Below, in pieces: positions 59,545 through 60,442 of a stretch of DNA of 60,442 nucleotides. The DNA is from Candidatus Tayloriibacteriota bacterium (GTDB lineage: Bacteria; Patescibacteriota; Minisyncoccia; Phycocordibacterales; PALSA-1337), in the NCBI GenBank assembly GCA_903857825.1, contig CAIOGI010000003.1, positions 1-60,442 on the forward strand, read 5' to 3'. Below the pieces are notes generated by a model. It made no database searches. It saw only the letters and a list, made by a program, of their open reading frames with translations, and had not been told where the DNA came from. Numbering within the stretch: position 1 is the first letter of the stretch; the number at the start of each line of letters is the position of its first letter. A program made the translations under genes and the position numbers.

Positions 59545-59690
59545 TGTAAAATTGAGGCTCGCCTGCTTGCGCGACATAGTTTGCTTTAGCAAACTACTAG
59601 TACCCTTGTGGTGCTCGGGAGCACTTTATTTTTATACGCATGCTAGTAAAAATAAAGTCCCCCCTCACCGCGTCGAGTCTCAATTTTACA
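59545..59690 (-). repeat. Nested palindromic element, copy with an alternative first hairpin
   Basis: TGTAAAATTGAG arms, GACGCGGTGAGG core, cassette 59569-59614 nearly identical to that at 26804-26849. Confidence 0.9.
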
Positions 59691-60270
59691 ATTTACTAAT
59701 TATCTCATTATGAATCTCCTCGATACCTCTCTCTCCATTTATCTGAACAAACTTGTATCTCGGATTATTCTTATAATACTCAATGGTTGGGACTACGTCT
59801 GTGTTGTACCATGCTAGTCTCTTTGCAATATCCTCACTCTTATCATCCATACGATGTCTTGCCTCTAGTCTTTCTGTTGCCCATTTTTCACTTACATCAA
59901 TGTTTATGACCACAGGATGCTCTAAACTATAAAAACCAAAAGTAGAATCGAGAACTCCTGCTTCATGCCTCCTACGAGGGGCGCCATCAAAAATTAAATG
60001 CTTTTTTTCAGTGTAATTCTTTATCAAAACATTGATCCACATATAAACAGACAGAAATTCTGGTTGAAGTTTGTCGGCTGCGTATAGAGCATTTGAAAGC
60101 TTCTGTGTAGCAGAATCACCTTTTATAAACTCACGAAACTCAGCACCACTTGTAATATACAAAGTGTCTCTTTCTGGATCTATTTCTTTTAAATACTTAG
60201 CTATCAGCGCTCCTTGTGTACCCTTTCCACAACCCGAGCGACCAATTAATATGAAGGTTTTTTGATTCAT
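59686..60270 (-). CDS. adk: Adenylate kinase family protein (short LID)
   Basis: GRSGCGKGTQ and FDGAPR motifs; adjacent to map. Confidence 0.85.
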   Translation of the reverse strand: MNQKTFILIGRSGCGKGTQGALIAKYLKEIDPERDTLYITSGAEFREFIKGDSATQKLSNALYAADKLQPEFLSVYMWINVLIKNYTEKKHLIFDGAPRRRHEAGVLDSTFGFYSLEHPVVINIDVSEKWATERLEARHRMDDKSEDIAKRLAWYNTDVVPTIEYYKNNPRYKFVQINGERGIEEIHNEIISKL

Positions 60271-60302
60271 GGTGAAAGTATATCAAAATTTGTTACTTTC
60301 TA

Positions 60303-60442
60303 CCAAATAGTCACTCTAAATGCAACAGTTACGATTTGGTAAATAGTGATGTTGGCGATTTGAAATTAAGACGTTTTCGTTCACGAGAATTGAGACGACG
60401 AACAACATGTTGTAATTCTTTTTCAGTGATGAGGTTAAAATC
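60303..60442 (-). mobile_element. 3' end of an IS30-family element (transposase C-terminus 60329-60442 plus terminal inverted repeat ~60303-60327), truncated by the window
   Basis: Minus frame DFNLITEKELQHVVRRLNSRERKRLNFKSPTSLFTKS* resembles the IS30 LNxRPRKxLxxxTP motif; followed by TGTTGCATTTAGAGTGACTATTTGG. Confidence 0.75.

Noticed and set aside
857..60265. Numerous antisense or nested ORFs in the track (e.g. 857-1162, 2991-3506, 11877-12425, 33668-34105, 48202-48783)
   Set aside because: Shadow frames of well-supported genes with no recognisable motifs

Overview
AT-rich bacterial chromosomal segment whose gene content suggests a CPR/Patescibacteria (Parcubacteria-like) organism. This is inferred from two stand-alone VirB4/TrwB-like ATPases, many short-leader genes, a tRNA-Ile(UAU) and a long tmRNA tag. 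Housekeeping genes include rnj, rsmI, mraY, pyk, ftsH, smpB plus tmRNA, infC-rpmI-rplT, ndk, map and adk. Also present: a ~14 kb surface-polysaccharide locus (wzm/wzt, glycosyl- and methyltransferases), an unusual cell-wall/amino-acid-ligase cluster with a LysW-like carrier protein, a RelBE-type toxin-antitoxin pair, an RND efflux operon, a probable 6S RNA and the end of an IS30-family element. The most striking non-coding signal is a dispersed family of nested palindromic elements with no cas or mobilising gene in the window. It has five outer copies, a CRISPR-looking tandem array at 2066-2309 and a solo unit near 19.95 kb. The copies show compensatory base changes, carry a 46-nt internal cassette found in both orientations, are co-oriented with the upstream transcript, and have unit ends that form extended -10 promoters. 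All protein calls are from motif recognition by eye; no database searches were run.
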